In this document: piece by piece, positions 30,133 to 40,846 of the stretch
How the letters are laid out: each line of letters opens with the position of its first letter
Position numbering within the stretch: position 1 is the first letter of the stretch
NCBI GenBank assembly: GCA_037189525.1
Contig: JBBCJC010000005.1
Coordinates: forward strand, 192,001 to 256,000
Source: Gemmatimonadales bacterium
GTDB taxonomy: Bacteria > Gemmatimonadota > Gemmatimonadetes > Gemmatimonadales > GWC2-71-9
Direction of reading: 5' to 3'
DNA: 64,000 nt
The notes under the pieces: model-generated
Databases searched by the model: none
What the model was told of the DNA's origin: nothing
The model's input: only the letters and a program-made list of their open reading frames with translations
Made by a program: the position numbers and the translations under genes

Positions 30133-32199
30133 CTACCCCACCCTGAACAGAACGTCGGCCTTGGGATATCGGGCAAGCGCCCGTTCCCGGAGCGCGCGGT
30201 GCTTCGGCTGTTCGAGGCCCGGATCGGCATCGATGACGGCCTGCGCCAACTCCCGCGCCTGACCCAACAGGTCGGTATCGTCGGGAAACCGCGCCACCCG
30301 GATCTCCGCGCTGCCGGACTGGCGTTCGCCCAGGATGTCGCCCTGCCGCCGCTCCTCGAGATCGAGCTCGGCAATCCGAAATCCATCATCGGTTGCTGCG
30401 AACGCTTTGAGCCGGTCGGTCGGCACCCGAACAATCAGAATGCAGTGACTCTGCTGCCCCCCTCTGCCCACCCTGCCCCGCAACTGATGCAGCTGCGCCA
30501 GGCCGAAGCGCTCGGGGTGCTCGATGACCATGGTGGTCGCGTTGGCGACGTCGATCCCGACTTCGATGACCGTGGTGGCCACCAGCACCTGGATCCGACC
30601 CTCGCGAAAGGCGCGCATGATTTCGTCCCGCTGGGGCGCCTTGAGCTGGCCGTGCACCAGGCCGACCTCAACATCGTCCCAACGCCCGGCCAGCGTATCC
30701 GCCATGGTCTTCGCGGCAAGCAGGTCGGCCTTTTCCGTTTCTTCGATGACCGGTAGGACGATGTACGCCTGACGCCCGGCCTGACATTCCACATGGATGA
30801 AGTCGAGCACTTTGTCACGCTGACTGGGCGCGCGCAGCGCCGTCCGGATGGTGCCCCGCCCCGGCGGGCGCTCCTTGATGACGCTGACATCGAGATCGCC
30901 GTAGCGGGTCAGCGCCAGCGAACGCGGAATCGGCGTGGCGGACAAGAGCAGCACATCGGGTGCAACGCCCTTGGCCATCAGCGCCGCGCGCTGTTCGACC
31001 CCGAAACGGTGCTGCTCGTCGATGACGGTCAGCCCGAGCCGCTGGAACGTGACGGTGTCCTGAACCAGCGCGTGCGTACCAACCACGATCCGCATCCCTC
31101 CGGACGCCAGCTGCTTGCGCACCTTGTCCTTCTCGCCGGCCGAGAGCCTGCCGACCAGCAATCCGGGCGCAATCCCGAGCGGCGCGAGCAGCTTGGTGAG
31201 GGTGGCGTGATGCTGTTCGGCGAGCAGTTCCGTCGGCGCCATCAGCGCGGCCTGGTAATCGTTCTCGACCGCCAGCAACATCGCAAACAGTGCCACCAGG
31301 GTTTTCCCGGTGCCGACGTCGCCCATCAGCAGGCGGTGCATCCGATCGGGCGCGGTCATGTCCGCGGTAATTTCGCGAATGGCCCGGCGCTGGTCCTCGG
31401 TCAGGGGCCACGGCAGACTGTCCTTGAGTTGCGTCGTGAGTTCCCGTTTGACCTCGAATGCAACGCCCTGCCGCGCCCGCTTGGCAACGTGACGGGCTCG
31501 GCCGAGCATCAGCTGCAGATCGACCAACTCGTCGAGCGCCAGCCGCCGGCGTCCCGATTCCGCTTCGGCGCTCGACGAAGGCTGGTGCACCGCTCGGAGC
31601 GCCTCGGGAAGCGGCGGAAGGTCGAACCGCCGCCGCAGTTCCTCGGGAAGGATTTCCGTCGAGAGACCGACCAGCACATCCAAATGCCGGCCAATCAGCC
31701 CGCGAATGATCTTGTGGCTGAGTCCCTGCGTGGCAGGATAGACAGGAAGAACGCGCCCCGCCGAGAGCGGATCGCCCTCGTCCTCTTCCTCGGCGAGAAT
31801 GATGAATTCACGCGGGGCCAGCTGCCGGCCATGATAGAAGCGCACCGGTCCGGCCACCAGCAGCGTCTGCCCGACTTGGATGGTCCGATCCATGAAGGCC
31901 TGGCCGGGCCAGACACATTCGATGGCTCCGGTGGCGTCCCGCAGCACCGCGTGGAAGATCCGCAGTCCTCGCTTAGTCGGCAGCGTGCCTTTGGAGATGA
32001 CCTTGCCGACCGCCGCCGCATCCGTCCCCACTTGCAGGCGGGCAATCGGCGTGACGGACGACGCATCGATGTACCGGTGCGGCAGGTGCCAGAGCAGATC
32101 GCGCGCGGTGTGGATGTCGAGCCGAGCCAGCGCTTCGGCGCGCCGCTCACCGATGCCCTTGAGGAACTTGACCTCGGTCTCGAGCGAGAGCGGCGCCAT
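30133..32199 (-). CDS. recG: ATP-dependent DNA helicase RecG
   Basis: RLLMGDVGTGKT, MAPTELLAEQH, DEQHRFG, SATPIPR, QLHQLRGRVGRG. ATG 32199. Confidence 0.97.
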   Translation of the reverse strand: MAPLSLETEVKFLKGIGERRAEALARLDIHTARDLLWHLPHRYIDASSVTPIARLQVGTDAAAVGKVISKGTLPTKRGLRIFHAVLRDATGAIECVWPGQAFMDRTIQVGQTLLVAGPVRFYHGRQLAPREFIILAEEEDEGDPLSAGRVLPVYPATQGLSHKIIRGLIGRHLDVLVGLSTEILPEELRRRFDLPPLPEALRAVHQPSSSAEAESGRRRLALDELVDLQLMLGRARHVAKRARQGVAFEVKRELTTQLKDSLPWPLTEDQRRAIREITADMTAPDRMHRLLMGDVGTGKTLVALFAMLLAVENDYQAALMAPTELLAEQHHATLTKLLAPLGIAPGLLVGRLSAGEKDKVRKQLASGGMRIVVGTHALVQDTVTFQRLGLTVIDEQHRFGVEQRAALMAKGVAPDVLLLSATPIPRSLALTRYGDLDVSVIKERPPGRGTIRTALRAPSQRDKVLDFIHVECQAGRQAYIVLPVIEETEKADLLAAKTMADTLAGRWDDVEVGLVHGQLKAPQRDEIMRAFREGRIQVLVATTVIEVGIDVANATTMVIEHPERFGLAQLHQLRGRVGRGGQQSHCILIVRVPTDRLKAFAATDDGFRIAELDLEERRQGDILGERQSGSAEIRVARFPDDTDLLGQARELAQAVIDADPGLEQPKHRALRERALARYPKADVLFRVG

Positions 32200-32203
32200 C
32201 GGG

Positions 32204-33139
32204 TCAGTCGGTCGCGCCGGACTCCACCAGCTCACGGGCGAAGTCGCGCGCGTCGAATTCGCGCAGGTCGTCGACCCCTTCGCCCAAGCCGATGAAACGG
32301 ATCGGCACATCGAGTTCCCGGCGCAAGGCCACCACCGCTCCGCCCCGCGCCGTCCCATCGAGTTTGGTCACCACCAAACCGGTCGGCGGAATGGCCTGGG
32401 CAAACTGCCGCCCCTGCTGCACCGCGTTCTGCCCCACGGTGCCATCGAGCACCAGGAAGACCTCGTGCGGCGCCCCCTCAATCTTCCGACCGACGACCCT
32501 GCCCACCTTGCGGAGCTCGTCCATCAAACCGTCCTGGGTGTGGAGACGGCCGGCCGTGTCGATAATGACCAGCGTCGCCCCGCGCGCCTGCGCCGCTTCA
32601 ACGCCATCGAAGGCCACCGCCGCCGGGTCGCCGCCGGACGCCCCCGACACGCACGGTACCCCGATGCGCTCGGCCCACGTCTTGAGCTGATCGATCGCGC
32701 CGGCGCGATAGGTGTCCGCCGCTACCAGCAGCACCGAGTCTCCCTGCCGTTTGTAACGCGAGGCGAGCTTGGCCACGGTCGTCGTCTTTCCGGTGCCGTT
32801 GACCCCCATCACGATCAGCACCGTCGGGCCGCTGACCGATCGGCGCAATTGCCCCGGCGCACTCGGCCCGGTCAACATCTCGCCGACCCGATCGACGATG
32901 GCCTGTTTCAGATCATCTTCGGATTTGAGTTTGCCGCGCCGGACCTGATCGTCGAGTTCGTCGATCAATACGGAGGTCGAGGCGATCCCGAAATCGGCTT
33001 CGAGGAGCACCTGCTCCATCGCATCGATATCGGCCGCCTTGAAGCCGCGGACCAGAGCGCCCACGTCGGTGAGCGCGAGGCGTTTGATTTTGCCCCAGAG
33101 GGAGAGCTTCTTGCCTTCGGTAATACGAGAGCTTGCCAT
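32204..33139 (-). CDS. ftsY: Signal recognition particle receptor
   Basis: GVNGTGKTTT, DTYRAGA, DTAGRLHT, TKLDGTARGG. Confidence 0.97.
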   Translation of the reverse strand: MASSRITEGKKLSLWGKIKRLALTDVGALVRGFKAADIDAMEQVLLEADFGIASTSVLIDELDDQVRRGKLKSEDDLKQAIVDRVGEMLTGPSAPGQLRRSVSGPTVLIVMGVNGTGKTTTVAKLASRYKRQGDSVLLVAADTYRAGAIDQLKTWAERIGVPCVSGASGGDPAAVAFDGVEAAQARGATLVIIDTAGRLHTQDGLMDELRKVGRVVGRKIEGAPHEVFLVLDGTVGQNAVQQGRQFAQAIPPTGLVVTKLDGTARGGAVVALRRELDVPIRFIGLGEGVDDLREFDARDFARELVESGATD

Positions 33140-33157
33140 CCCCGAATGATAGTCGGG

Positions 33158-34951
33158 TCAGCGCAGTCCCGAACGCCGGCGCCACCACCACTCGCCGGCC
33201 AGCGCGCCGATCAGAATCCCGAAGATCCAGAGCTTGTCGCGCAGCGGCTCGCGGCCTGCGGAGGCCGTCACGGTCGCTTCCCGATCGGTCAGGGCGACCG
33301 GACGGGGGGTCCATTCATCCGAATAGACCTCGACGCCCAGGAGGCCGCGGCCGCCGCCCTCGAGGCGATAGTCGTAGCGGCCCGGCGCCAGCAGCAATTC
33401 GGCCCGCCCGGCGCCATCGAACCGGAGGGTGTCGGTGCGGGCGCCCTCCGGTCCGGTCAGCTCGACTCGCACCGTGGCCGCGTCGGGGCGGAGCCGCTCG
33501 AACAGGACCGGCCGACCCTGCTGCACGATGGCGCGAACCGGACGCGCGATCCCGGTCGTCGAATCCGAAGCGCCGAGCAGCCACGAGGTGGTCGCCGCGA
33601 CCCAGGCCCGGTAGGCCTGCTCACTCTCCCCGCCCCGGAAGGCCCAGCGCCAGAGCCCGCTCACCCCGACCTGCACCTGGCGGATCCCGCTCGAATCGCG
33701 CCCGACCACCGCGACTCGCTCGCCGCCCCGCCGGTTGAGCACGGCAGACAGGCCGACCCAGTCGCGCGGACCCGCCACCAGATTGGCCAACCCCGTCGCC
33801 GGAGGAAAGCTGTCGGTGGGCAGCGCCACGAACGCGCCCGATACCGGAGAAACGCTGCCGGGCGACAGGTACCAGTCACCGTCCACGACCGGGGTTCCTT
33901 CGCCGGTTGCAACCCAATCCCAACGGGCCCGCGTCCGAACCCGGCGCAACCGCTCCGGCAACTCGCCGAAGCGCACCAGCAGGTCGGCACGGTTGACCGC
34001 CTGATCCACTTCGCCGGCCGAGGTCACCGCCACGTCGCCCATGCGGACCCAGCGATCCCGCTCGACCGCGTAGTAGCCGCGCACTGGAAGCGACGCGACA
34101 TCGGTCAGGGCCCGAAAGAAGAACCGGCTTTCCCATCCCGCCGAGGCCGCGACGACCACGATGCCGGGGGTCGGCAGCACGGTGATCGCATGGAGCCTTC
34201 GGTCGGTACGCAGCTCGGCGTCCGCCGCATCGCGGAGGGACAGGGTCAGCAGGTGAGCACCCGCCTGCACCGACGCCGGCAACGGAAATTCGAGGGTGGC
34301 GCGACCCGATCCGGCTTCGAGCGGGACGGTCCGGGAGAACCAGCGCTGCTCACCTGACCCGATGTCTACCGTCACTTCACGCCGGTCCGGCAGATCGAAT
34401 CCGGAGACCTCGACCTCGAAGCGCACGGTATCGCCCACGGACACGCGATCGGGGCCGATCACGCCGGTCAGGGCCAGATCGGGACGGCGCTCACGCGGCA
34501 GCACCCGCACTCCGGCCTGCGCCAGCAACCCGGGCGAGAGTTCGGAGGCGTCGTCGATTTCGCCGTCGGTCACCAGCCAGACGGGGCGACTCACCGCCGT
34601 CGCCGCCAGCAGCGCATCGCCCACGGCCGAACGACCGCCTGCCGGTGCGGAATCGGGACCGAGCGGACCGATGAGGCGGACCTCGCCGAGTTGGGCGGCG
34701 GCCTGCCGGGCCTCGTCCCAGCGCGCGCCGACCCCAGCCATACTGAGCGAGGCATCGAGCAGGACGAGGGGACGGATCGACCCTGGTTGGCGCGCACAGG
34801 ATTGATCGACGAGCAGGAGGCCGAGCAGCGTCCAGGCCACGAAACGAAGAGACGCCGGCACAGTGGCACGGCGTCCGAGTCGCTCCAGCCCGAGATAGAC
34901 CCCAAGTACCAAGACGGCGGCGATCAGCGCGACCGCAAGGGACTCGACCAT
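33158..34951 (-). CDS. Membrane protein with VWA-like N-terminal and Ig-like domains
   Basis: N- and C-terminal TMs, LLDASLSM and VTDG MIDAS-like motifs, LWRW, EWWWRRRSGL. Confidence 0.7.
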   Translation of the reverse strand: MVESLAVALIAAVLVLGVYLGLERLGRRATVPASLRFVAWTLLGLLLVDQSCARQPGSIRPLVLLDASLSMAGVGARWDEARQAAAQLGEVRLIGPLGPDSAPAGGRSAVGDALLAATAVSRPVWLVTDGEIDDASELSPGLLAQAGVRVLPRERRPDLALTGVIGPDRVSVGDTVRFEVEVSGFDLPDRREVTVDIGSGEQRWFSRTVPLEAGSGRATLEFPLPASVQAGAHLLTLSLRDAADAELRTDRRLHAITVLPTPGIVVVAASAGWESRFFFRALTDVASLPVRGYYAVERDRWVRMGDVAVTSAGEVDQAVNRADLLVRFGELPERLRRVRTRARWDWVATGEGTPVVDGDWYLSPGSVSPVSGAFVALPTDSFPPATGLANLVAGPRDWVGLSAVLNRRGGERVAVVGRDSSGIRQVQVGVSGLWRWAFRGGESEQAYRAWVAATTSWLLGASDSTTGIARPVRAIVQQGRPVLFERLRPDAATVRVELTGPEGARTDTLRFDGAGRAELLLAPGRYDYRLEGGGRGLLGVEVYSDEWTPRPVALTDREATVTASAGREPLRDKLWIFGILIGALAGEWWWRRRSGLR

Positions 34952-34966
34952 CAGAACAGCGTGAGA

Positions 34967-36226
34967 CTACTCGACGTCAGCCGCGATGGCGGCGGGCATC
35001 TGGGGGCCGAGCCGCATCAGATAAGTGAGCCGATCCCGCTCGGCCTGGAAGGCAGCGAGTTCTTGCGGCGACACCGGATCGCCGTTGCCGAGATCGACCG
35101 ACCCCGGATTGCGGGCCACCCCGTTCTGGCGGAACTCGTAGTGGAGATGCGGGCCCGATGCGAGCCCGGTGGCTCCGACGTACCCGATCACGTCACCCTG
35201 GCGAACCCGTGCCCCGGTGCGCACGCCGGGCGCAAAGCCGCGCAGATGAGCGTACCGCGTGGTAATCCCGCTCTTGTGACGCAACTCGACCATCAGGCCG
35301 TACCCGCCAGCCCGGGCAGCCCGCAGCACGCTGCCGTCGCCGGCCGCCATCACGGGTGTTCCACTGCTGGCCGCATAGTCGATGCCTTCGTGCCGCCGGT
35401 ACACGCCTAGGACCGGATGGAACCGGGCCGAGCTGAAACGCGAGGAAATCCGCCGGAACTCGACCGGCGCGCGGAGGAACGCCCGCTTGAGCGAGGTACC
35501 CTCTGTATCGAAATACTGTTTTCGCCCGTCCTGAGTTTCGAATCGGAAGGCGGACTGACGGCGGCCACCGACCTCGAGATGCGACGCGAGGATATTCCCC
35601 ACCCGGCTTTCACCCAGTTCGGACACTTCACGCTCGAAGAGCAGCGTGAAGCGATCGCCGGGCTGGAGGTCGCGGCTGAAATCCACCGACCAGGCAAAGA
35701 CATCGGCCAGATCCCACGCCAGCCGGACCCGATCGCCCGACGGAATGGCTTCGGAGATCTCGGCGTCGATCAGGGCGTCGTAGAGCGAAGTCTCGATCCG
35801 CCCTTCGAGCCGGACCTGGTGTGAGGTCCACTCGATCGGCCGGACCTCGGCCGTCCAATTCGACGCTTCACGCACCACCCGGGTCTCTTCGGTGTGCTTG
35901 GTGCGGACAGTTACGTCGATCGGATGCGGCGCCGAATCGTGATATCCGAAATGGAACACCTGCCCCGCCCGGATCCGCCGGGCATCGAGCCCCAGCAGTC
36001 CCACGACGGTCCCCAGATCGATGGCGCCGATGCCGCGCCGGGCAAACAGTTCGCTGACCGTCTCACCCGACCGCAGAGTGTCTGATGCGACCCGGCGCTC
36101 CACCACCGGCACGATGACCGGTGTCTCGACCGACAACCGCTGCCACGGCCAGTCACTCCGCGCGCTGAACGCGGCGGCCGAGACCAGGATTCCGAGGGCG
36201 CCGACGACGGCGAGCAACCGCCGCAT
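34967..36226 (-). CDS. M23 family peptidoglycan DD-metalloendopeptidase
   Basis: RFHPVL, HEGIDY, YAHL, GPHLHYE; directly downstream of ftsZ. Confidence 0.92.
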   Translation of the reverse strand: MRRLLAVVGALGILVSAAAFSARSDWPWQRLSVETPVIVPVVERRVASDTLRSGETVSELFARRGIGAIDLGTVVGLLGLDARRIRAGQVFHFGYHDSAPHPIDVTVRTKHTEETRVVREASNWTAEVRPIEWTSHQVRLEGRIETSLYDALIDAEISEAIPSGDRVRLAWDLADVFAWSVDFSRDLQPGDRFTLLFEREVSELGESRVGNILASHLEVGGRRQSAFRFETQDGRKQYFDTEGTSLKRAFLRAPVEFRRISSRFSSARFHPVLGVYRRHEGIDYAASSGTPVMAAGDGSVLRAARAGGYGLMVELRHKSGITTRYAHLRGFAPGVRTGARVRQGDVIGYVGATGLASGPHLHYEFRQNGVARNPGSVDLGNGDPVSPQELAAFQAERDRLTYLMRLGPQMPAAIAADVE

Positions 36227-37440
36227 CAGTCCATCTGCCGTCGGATGAAGGTGGGGATTTCCATGTCCGGCATGTCGGTGCCCAGTCCGGGCATCGCGGT
36301 TCTCGACGGCAGCGGAATGGTCCGCGCCGGGGGCTGCGGAGCAACCGGCTCACGGGCCTCGACCGGAGCCGGCGCCGGAGTCGCGGCGGCCGCCGGCCGA
36401 GTCTTCTGCTGCGGGAACTGGAGGACCTGGGAGCTGGCCCGCTGAGCCTGCGCGGGGGCCGGCACGGGCACATCACCGGTCACCGCCCTATCGAAACCCG
36501 TCGCGATTACCGTGATGCGGACCTCGCCCTTCAAGGTCGGATCGATCGCGGCGCCGAAGATGATTTCGGCATCGTCGCCCACGGCCTCGTGGACGATCTC
36601 GGCCATGGTGGTGACCTCGTCGATCTGGAGATCTGCGCCGACCACGTTCATGAGCACACCGGTTGCGCCGGCAATCGAGATGTTGTCGAGCAGCGGGCTG
36701 GTAATCGCCTGCTGCGCGGCCTCGAGTGCCCGGTTGTCGCCATAGCCGATCCCGGTACCCATCAGCGCCGAGCCGCCGTTCTGCATTACGGTCCGGACGT
36801 CGGCAAAGTCGACATTGATGAGACCCGTTGCCGTGACCAGACCCGCGATACCCTGGGTGGCCTGGAGCAGCACGTCATCGGCCTTCTTGAGCGCGTCCTG
36901 GAACAGGATCCCCTTCCCGACCACGGCCAGGAGGCGCTCGTTCGGAACCACGATCATAGTATCGACATGCTGCCGCATTTCCATGATCCCGGTCTCGGCC
37001 TGCTTCATCCGCTTCTTGCCTTCGAAGAGGAAGGGTTTGGTCACGATCCCGACCGTCAGGGCGCCGATGTCCCGGGCCATCTGGGCAATGAAGGGGGCGG
37101 CGCCGGTCCCGGTGCCACCGCCCATGCCGCAGGTGACAAAGACCAGATCACAGCCCTGCATGGCTTCGAGCACCTCGTCGCGGTTCTCCTCGATGGCCTG
37201 GCGACCGATTTCCGGTCGCGCCCCGGCCCCGAGCCCGCGGGTCAGCTTCTTGCCGATCTGGACCTTCACGTCGGCCTTGTTGGACGTGAGGGCCTGCGCA
37301 TCGGTGTTGACCGAAACGAATTCGACCCCGACCAGGGCCTCCTGGATCATCCGGTTGACGGCGTTCCCTCCGCCACCGCCGACACCGATCACCTTCATGC
37401 GGGCGTTCTGAACCGGCGGTTCTTCAATCCGGAAGGTCAT
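36226..37440 (-). CDS. ftsZ: Cell division protein FtsZ
   Basis: GVGGGGGNAVNRM, GMGGGTGTG, INVDFAD, C-terminal EIPTFIRRQMD. ATG 37440. Confidence 0.98.
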   Translation of the reverse strand: MTFRIEEPPVQNARMKVIGVGGGGGNAVNRMIQEALVGVEFVSVNTDAQALTSNKADVKVQIGKKLTRGLGAGARPEIGRQAIEENRDEVLEAMQGCDLVFVTCGMGGGTGTGAAPFIAQMARDIGALTVGIVTKPFLFEGKKRMKQAETGIMEMRQHVDTMIVVPNERLLAVVGKGILFQDALKKADDVLLQATQGIAGLVTATGLINVDFADVRTVMQNGGSALMGTGIGYGDNRALEAAQQAITSPLLDNISIAGATGVLMNVVGADLQIDEVTTMAEIVHEAVGDDAEIIFGAAIDPTLKGEVRITVIATGFDRAVTGDVPVPAPAQAQRASSQVLQFPQQKTRPAAAATPAPAPVEAREPVAPQPPARTIPLPSRTAMPGLGTDMPDMEIPTFIRRQMD

Positions 37441-37460
37441 GGCCTCTGTCCTCTCGATGC

Positions 37461-38714
37461 TCAAAAGAAGTCTTGTAACCAGCGCTTGACGGGTCCGATC
37501 ACCTTGTCCACCGCAGGCGAGCGGCGCCCATGGGCCCCGAACCCGCCGGTCTGCAATACCTGCCGTGCTCCGTACAACAGCAACCCGGCGGGCACGGTCA
37601 TGCGCGGCGACGCGACACGATCCGCCAGCCCGCTCAGGCCCGTACCCGGTACGCCAACCCGCACCGGAAGAGCAAACACTTCCCGGGTCAATTCCACAAT
37701 GCCCGGGAACTGGGCACCACCGCCGGACAACACCACGCCCGCGGCCAATCGTTGACGAAAGCCGGTTCGGTTGAGTTCGTCCAGGGCCAACTCGAGAATT
37801 TCCTGCATTCGCATGTGGACGATGTGCGCCAGCACGCGGCGATGCACGTTCCGGGCGGGTTGACCCGCCAGGTTGGGCAGCTGAATGATTTCGTCGTCGG
37901 CCACCAGGGGTTCGTAGGCCGCGCCGTGGCGTTCCTTGAGGCGCTCGGCTTCCTGCTGTGGCACCTGCAAGCCGTGCACGATGTCGTTGGTGACATGCCC
38001 GCCGGCAAACATCAGCGACGCCGTGTGACAGATCTTGCCGTGCTGGAAGACCGACACGTTGGTCGAGCCGCCCCCCAGTTCGATCAGGGCGCAACCCAGC
38101 TCCCGCTCGTCGGGCGTCAGCACGGCAAGCGAGCCGGCCAGCGGCTCCAGCACGAACTCGCCGACCCGGAAGCCCGCGCGTTCGATGCAGCGCTGCAGGT
38201 TGACCATGGCGCTCGACAGGACGGTGACCAGGTAGACCTGGGCCTCGAGCCGCGACCCGACCATCCCGATCGGATCGGAGATGCCGTCCTGGGTATCGAC
38301 GAGATAATCCTGCGGGACGCCGTGGAGCAGTTCGTGATCGCGGCTGAAGGCGATGTTGGCGGCCACTTCATTGACGCGCGCCACGTCGGCCGTCCGGACC
38401 TCGTTGCCCGAGACCGACACCACACCGTGAGAGAGCCGCCCGGCCACGTGCTCGCCGGCGACGCCGACGTACAGGGTGCCGACCTCGACCCCGGCCATCA
38501 GCTGCGCATCCTTGAGCGCGCGGCCGATGGCACGGGTCGTTTCCTCGACGTCGCGCACCACGCCGCGCCTGAGCCCCGAGGTCCGTTCGGTTCCCACGCC
38601 GAGCACCCGGACGCCGGGGCTCCGCGGATCGCCGGTGACCTCTCCGATCGCAGCCGTGATGGCGCTCGACCCCAAGTCGAGCGACGCCACCAGCCGCGGG
38701 CCGGCGGCGCTCAT
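37461..38714 (-). CDS. ftsA: Cell division protein FtsA
   Basis: LDLGSS, ELGGGST, AERLKE, LSGGGAQ, C-terminal amphipathic KRWLQDFF. Confidence 0.96.
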   Translation of the reverse strand: MSAAGPRLVASLDLGSSAITAAIGEVTGDPRSPGVRVLGVGTERTSGLRRGVVRDVEETTRAIGRALKDAQLMAGVEVGTLYVGVAGEHVAGRLSHGVVSVSGNEVRTADVARVNEVAANIAFSRDHELLHGVPQDYLVDTQDGISDPIGMVGSRLEAQVYLVTVLSSAMVNLQRCIERAGFRVGEFVLEPLAGSLAVLTPDERELGCALIELGGGSTNVSVFQHGKICHTASLMFAGGHVTNDIVHGLQVPQQEAERLKERHGAAYEPLVADDEIIQLPNLAGQPARNVHRRVLAHIVHMRMQEILELALDELNRTGFRQRLAAGVVLSGGGAQFPGIVELTREVFALPVRVGVPGTGLSGLADRVASPRMTVPAGLLLYGARQVLQTGGFGAHGRRSPAVDKVIGPVKRWLQDFF

Positions 38715-39391
38715 CGCGCCCTCCGCCGGACGATGACACGCCCTTCGAAGCGGGCGTCGACTTCAGCGACGTTCCACTGGCGGCTGGCAACCTCGGCCAG
38801 CGCGGCGGCGGTTCCCTGGATGTCTTTCGTGGTAGCCCCCACGCGGAAGAGAAGTCGATGCTTCACGGTTTCCAGCACGATCGTGTTCCGCTCCCGACTG
38901 ACCGCCTCGATGGCGCCATGCAATTCCGAATCGGTGTCCCGCACCCGCTCGATGAACGCCCCGACCTCGCCATCCGCCTCCGCGATCGGCAGATCGGCCG
39001 GCGACCGGGTCGGATCGAAGGGCAGGATCCGACCGCGGCGATCCATCAGCGCCACCCGGTTCGGGGCCCGAACCAGGGCCACCGGCTCGAACTCCGTCAC
39101 CTCGACTTCGAGGGCGCCCGGCAAACGACGATGCACCACGACCCGCTGAATCCCCGGCAGGGCCAGCACCCGGTCGTGCAGCGGCGCGGTATCGTCAAAA
39201 ATACTCGCGCCGGGCGGGAGCTTGGCAGCCTCGGCGATTTCCGCGGCCGTGAAGTAGCGCGACCCGGTCACCTCCAGGCGGCGCACCTTGAACACGCTCA
39301 TCCGCCGGAGCGCCATCGGAGCCAGCCACCAGAGGCTGACCAGCGCCGCGACCCCCAAGGCCCCCAGAATGACGACCCAACCCCGCTTCAC
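38711..39391 (-). CDS. ftsQ: Cell division protein FtsQ/DivIB
   Basis: N-terminal TM, POTRA-like FKVRRLEVTG...RRLPGALEVEVTE, C-terminal VDARF; position in dcw. Confidence 0.88.
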   Translation of the reverse strand: MKRGWVVILGALGVAALVSLWWLAPMALRRMSVFKVRRLEVTGSRYFTAAEIAEAAKLPPGASIFDDTAPLHDRVLALPGIQRVVVHRRLPGALEVEVTEFEPVALVRAPNRVALMDRRGRILPFDPTRSPADLPIAEADGEVGAFIERVRDTDSELHGAIEAVSRERNTIVLETVKHRLLFRVGATTKDIQGTAAALAEVASRQWNVAEVDARFEGRVIVRRRAR

Positions 39392-40761
39392 CGGGCCGCC
39401 AACCGGCCGAGCAGCTCGCGCCCGACCCGCGTCACATCACCAGCCCCCAACGTAATGACGATGTCGCCTGACTCAAGCAGGCCCTCGACGGTATCCGTCA
39501 ATCCGGACCGGTCGGGAACGTACCGCACCGCGGCGCGCCCCTCGCGCTCCGCCGCAACCGCCACCAGCGCGCCCGTTACTCCGGGCACCGGCGCCTCGCG
39601 GGCGCCGTACACGTCGGTAACGATCGCGAGGTCCGCCGCCGCGATCGCCCGGCCCATCGCGTCGGCGTGCAGCGCGGTCCGGCTGTAGAGGTGCGGCTGG
39701 AACACCGCCACCAGTCGCCGTCCCGGAAACGCTTGCCGCGCAGCAGCGAGCGTGGCCGCCAGCTCGGTCGGATGGTGCGCATAATCGTCGACGAGCGCAA
39801 TGCCGCCCACCTCGCCCACCCGCTCGAACCGCCGCCCCACCCCGGCAAACTGCCCCAGAGCCGATGCGGCACCCCGCACGTCCGCGCCAAGCGCGTAGAC
39901 GGCACCGAGCGCAGCGAGCGCGTTACGCAAGTTGTGCAGCCCCGGCACCTGCAGCGCCAACTCCGCTGTCGACCCATCGGGAAATCGAACCACGGCCCGG
40001 CTGCCATGCTCGGCAAGCGCCACGGCCTCGAGCGCCAGATCGGGCGCCCCCGGTCCGAAACGCCAGACCCGGGCGCCGATGGCCGACGCCACCCGATCCG
40101 GCCCGTCGCCATCCGTACCGACCAGGACCCGCTCCGCCGGCTGCGCAAAGGTCACGTAGGCCGCTTCCATCACTTCGACCGAGCCGTAACACTCCAGATG
40201 ATCCGGCTCGACGTTGTTGATCACGGCCACAGTCGGCGTCAACGTCAGAAAGGCCTGGTCGTACTCATCGGCTTCCACCACGAAGAGCGCCGTCCCGCCC
40301 AGCCGGGCGTTGCCCCCCCACGACCCCACTCGGCCACCCGCCAGGCCGGTCGGATCAAGCCCGGCCCCGATCAGCGCCTCGGTGGTCATGACGGTGGTCG
40401 TCGTCTTGCCGTGCGTACCCGCCACGGCCACCACCGTCGCTCCGGCTACCAGCCCGGCAAGCGCCTGCTTCCTGGGCACGACCGGGAGTCCCAACCGGGC
40501 CGCCTCGACCAGATCGGGATGCCCCGACGGAATCGCCGCGCTCGCCACCACCGCGCCCGCCTCCGCGACCAGGAGCGGCGCACTGCCCTCGGCCACCACC
40601 GCACCGGCTGTGACCAGATCGACGCAGCCGGAGATGTCCGCATCCGAGCCGGTGACACGCACGCCGCGACGAAGCGCGACCAGGGCCAGCGCGCTCATCC
40701 CTGCGCCGCCGATTCCGACGAAGTGCAGCGGCCGCGAATCCGACTGGAGAAACAGGTTCAT
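39388..40761 (-). CDS. murC: UDP-N-acetylmuramate--L-alanine ligase
   Basis: HFVGIGGAGMS, GTHGKTTT, EADEYD, DDYAHHPTE, FQPHLYSRT. Confidence 0.96.
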   Translation of the reverse strand: MNLFLQSDSRPLHFVGIGGAGMSALALVALRRGVRVTGSDADISGCVDLVTAGAVVAEGSAPLLVAEAGAVVASAAIPSGHPDLVEAARLGLPVVPRKQALAGLVAGATVVAVAGTHGKTTTTVMTTEALIGAGLDPTGLAGGRVGSWGGNARLGGTALFVVEADEYDQAFLTLTPTVAVINNVEPDHLECYGSVEVMEAAYVTFAQPAERVLVGTDGDGPDRVASAIGARVWRFGPGAPDLALEAVALAEHGSRAVVRFPDGSTAELALQVPGLHNLRNALAALGAVYALGADVRGAASALGQFAGVGRRFERVGEVGGIALVDDYAHHPTELAATLAAARQAFPGRRLVAVFQPHLYSRTALHADAMGRAIAAADLAIVTDVYGAREAPVPGVTGALVAVAAEREGRAAVRYVPDRSGLTDTVEGLLESGDIVITLGAGDVTRVGRELLGRLAAR

Positions 40762-40846
40762 CCGTGTCGGGCTAATCTAAATTGCTGTCGAGAGTTGAGA
40801 AAGACAGACGTGACATCATACGCCGGCTTTGCACGGAAGCCGGCTG

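Noticed and set aside
36226..38094. N-terminally extended FtsZ (likewise extended RecG, MurD, Cdd, CheD, amidase in the ORF track)
   Set aside because: The extensions overlap upstream genes and are low-information. Downstream starts match normal family N-termini.
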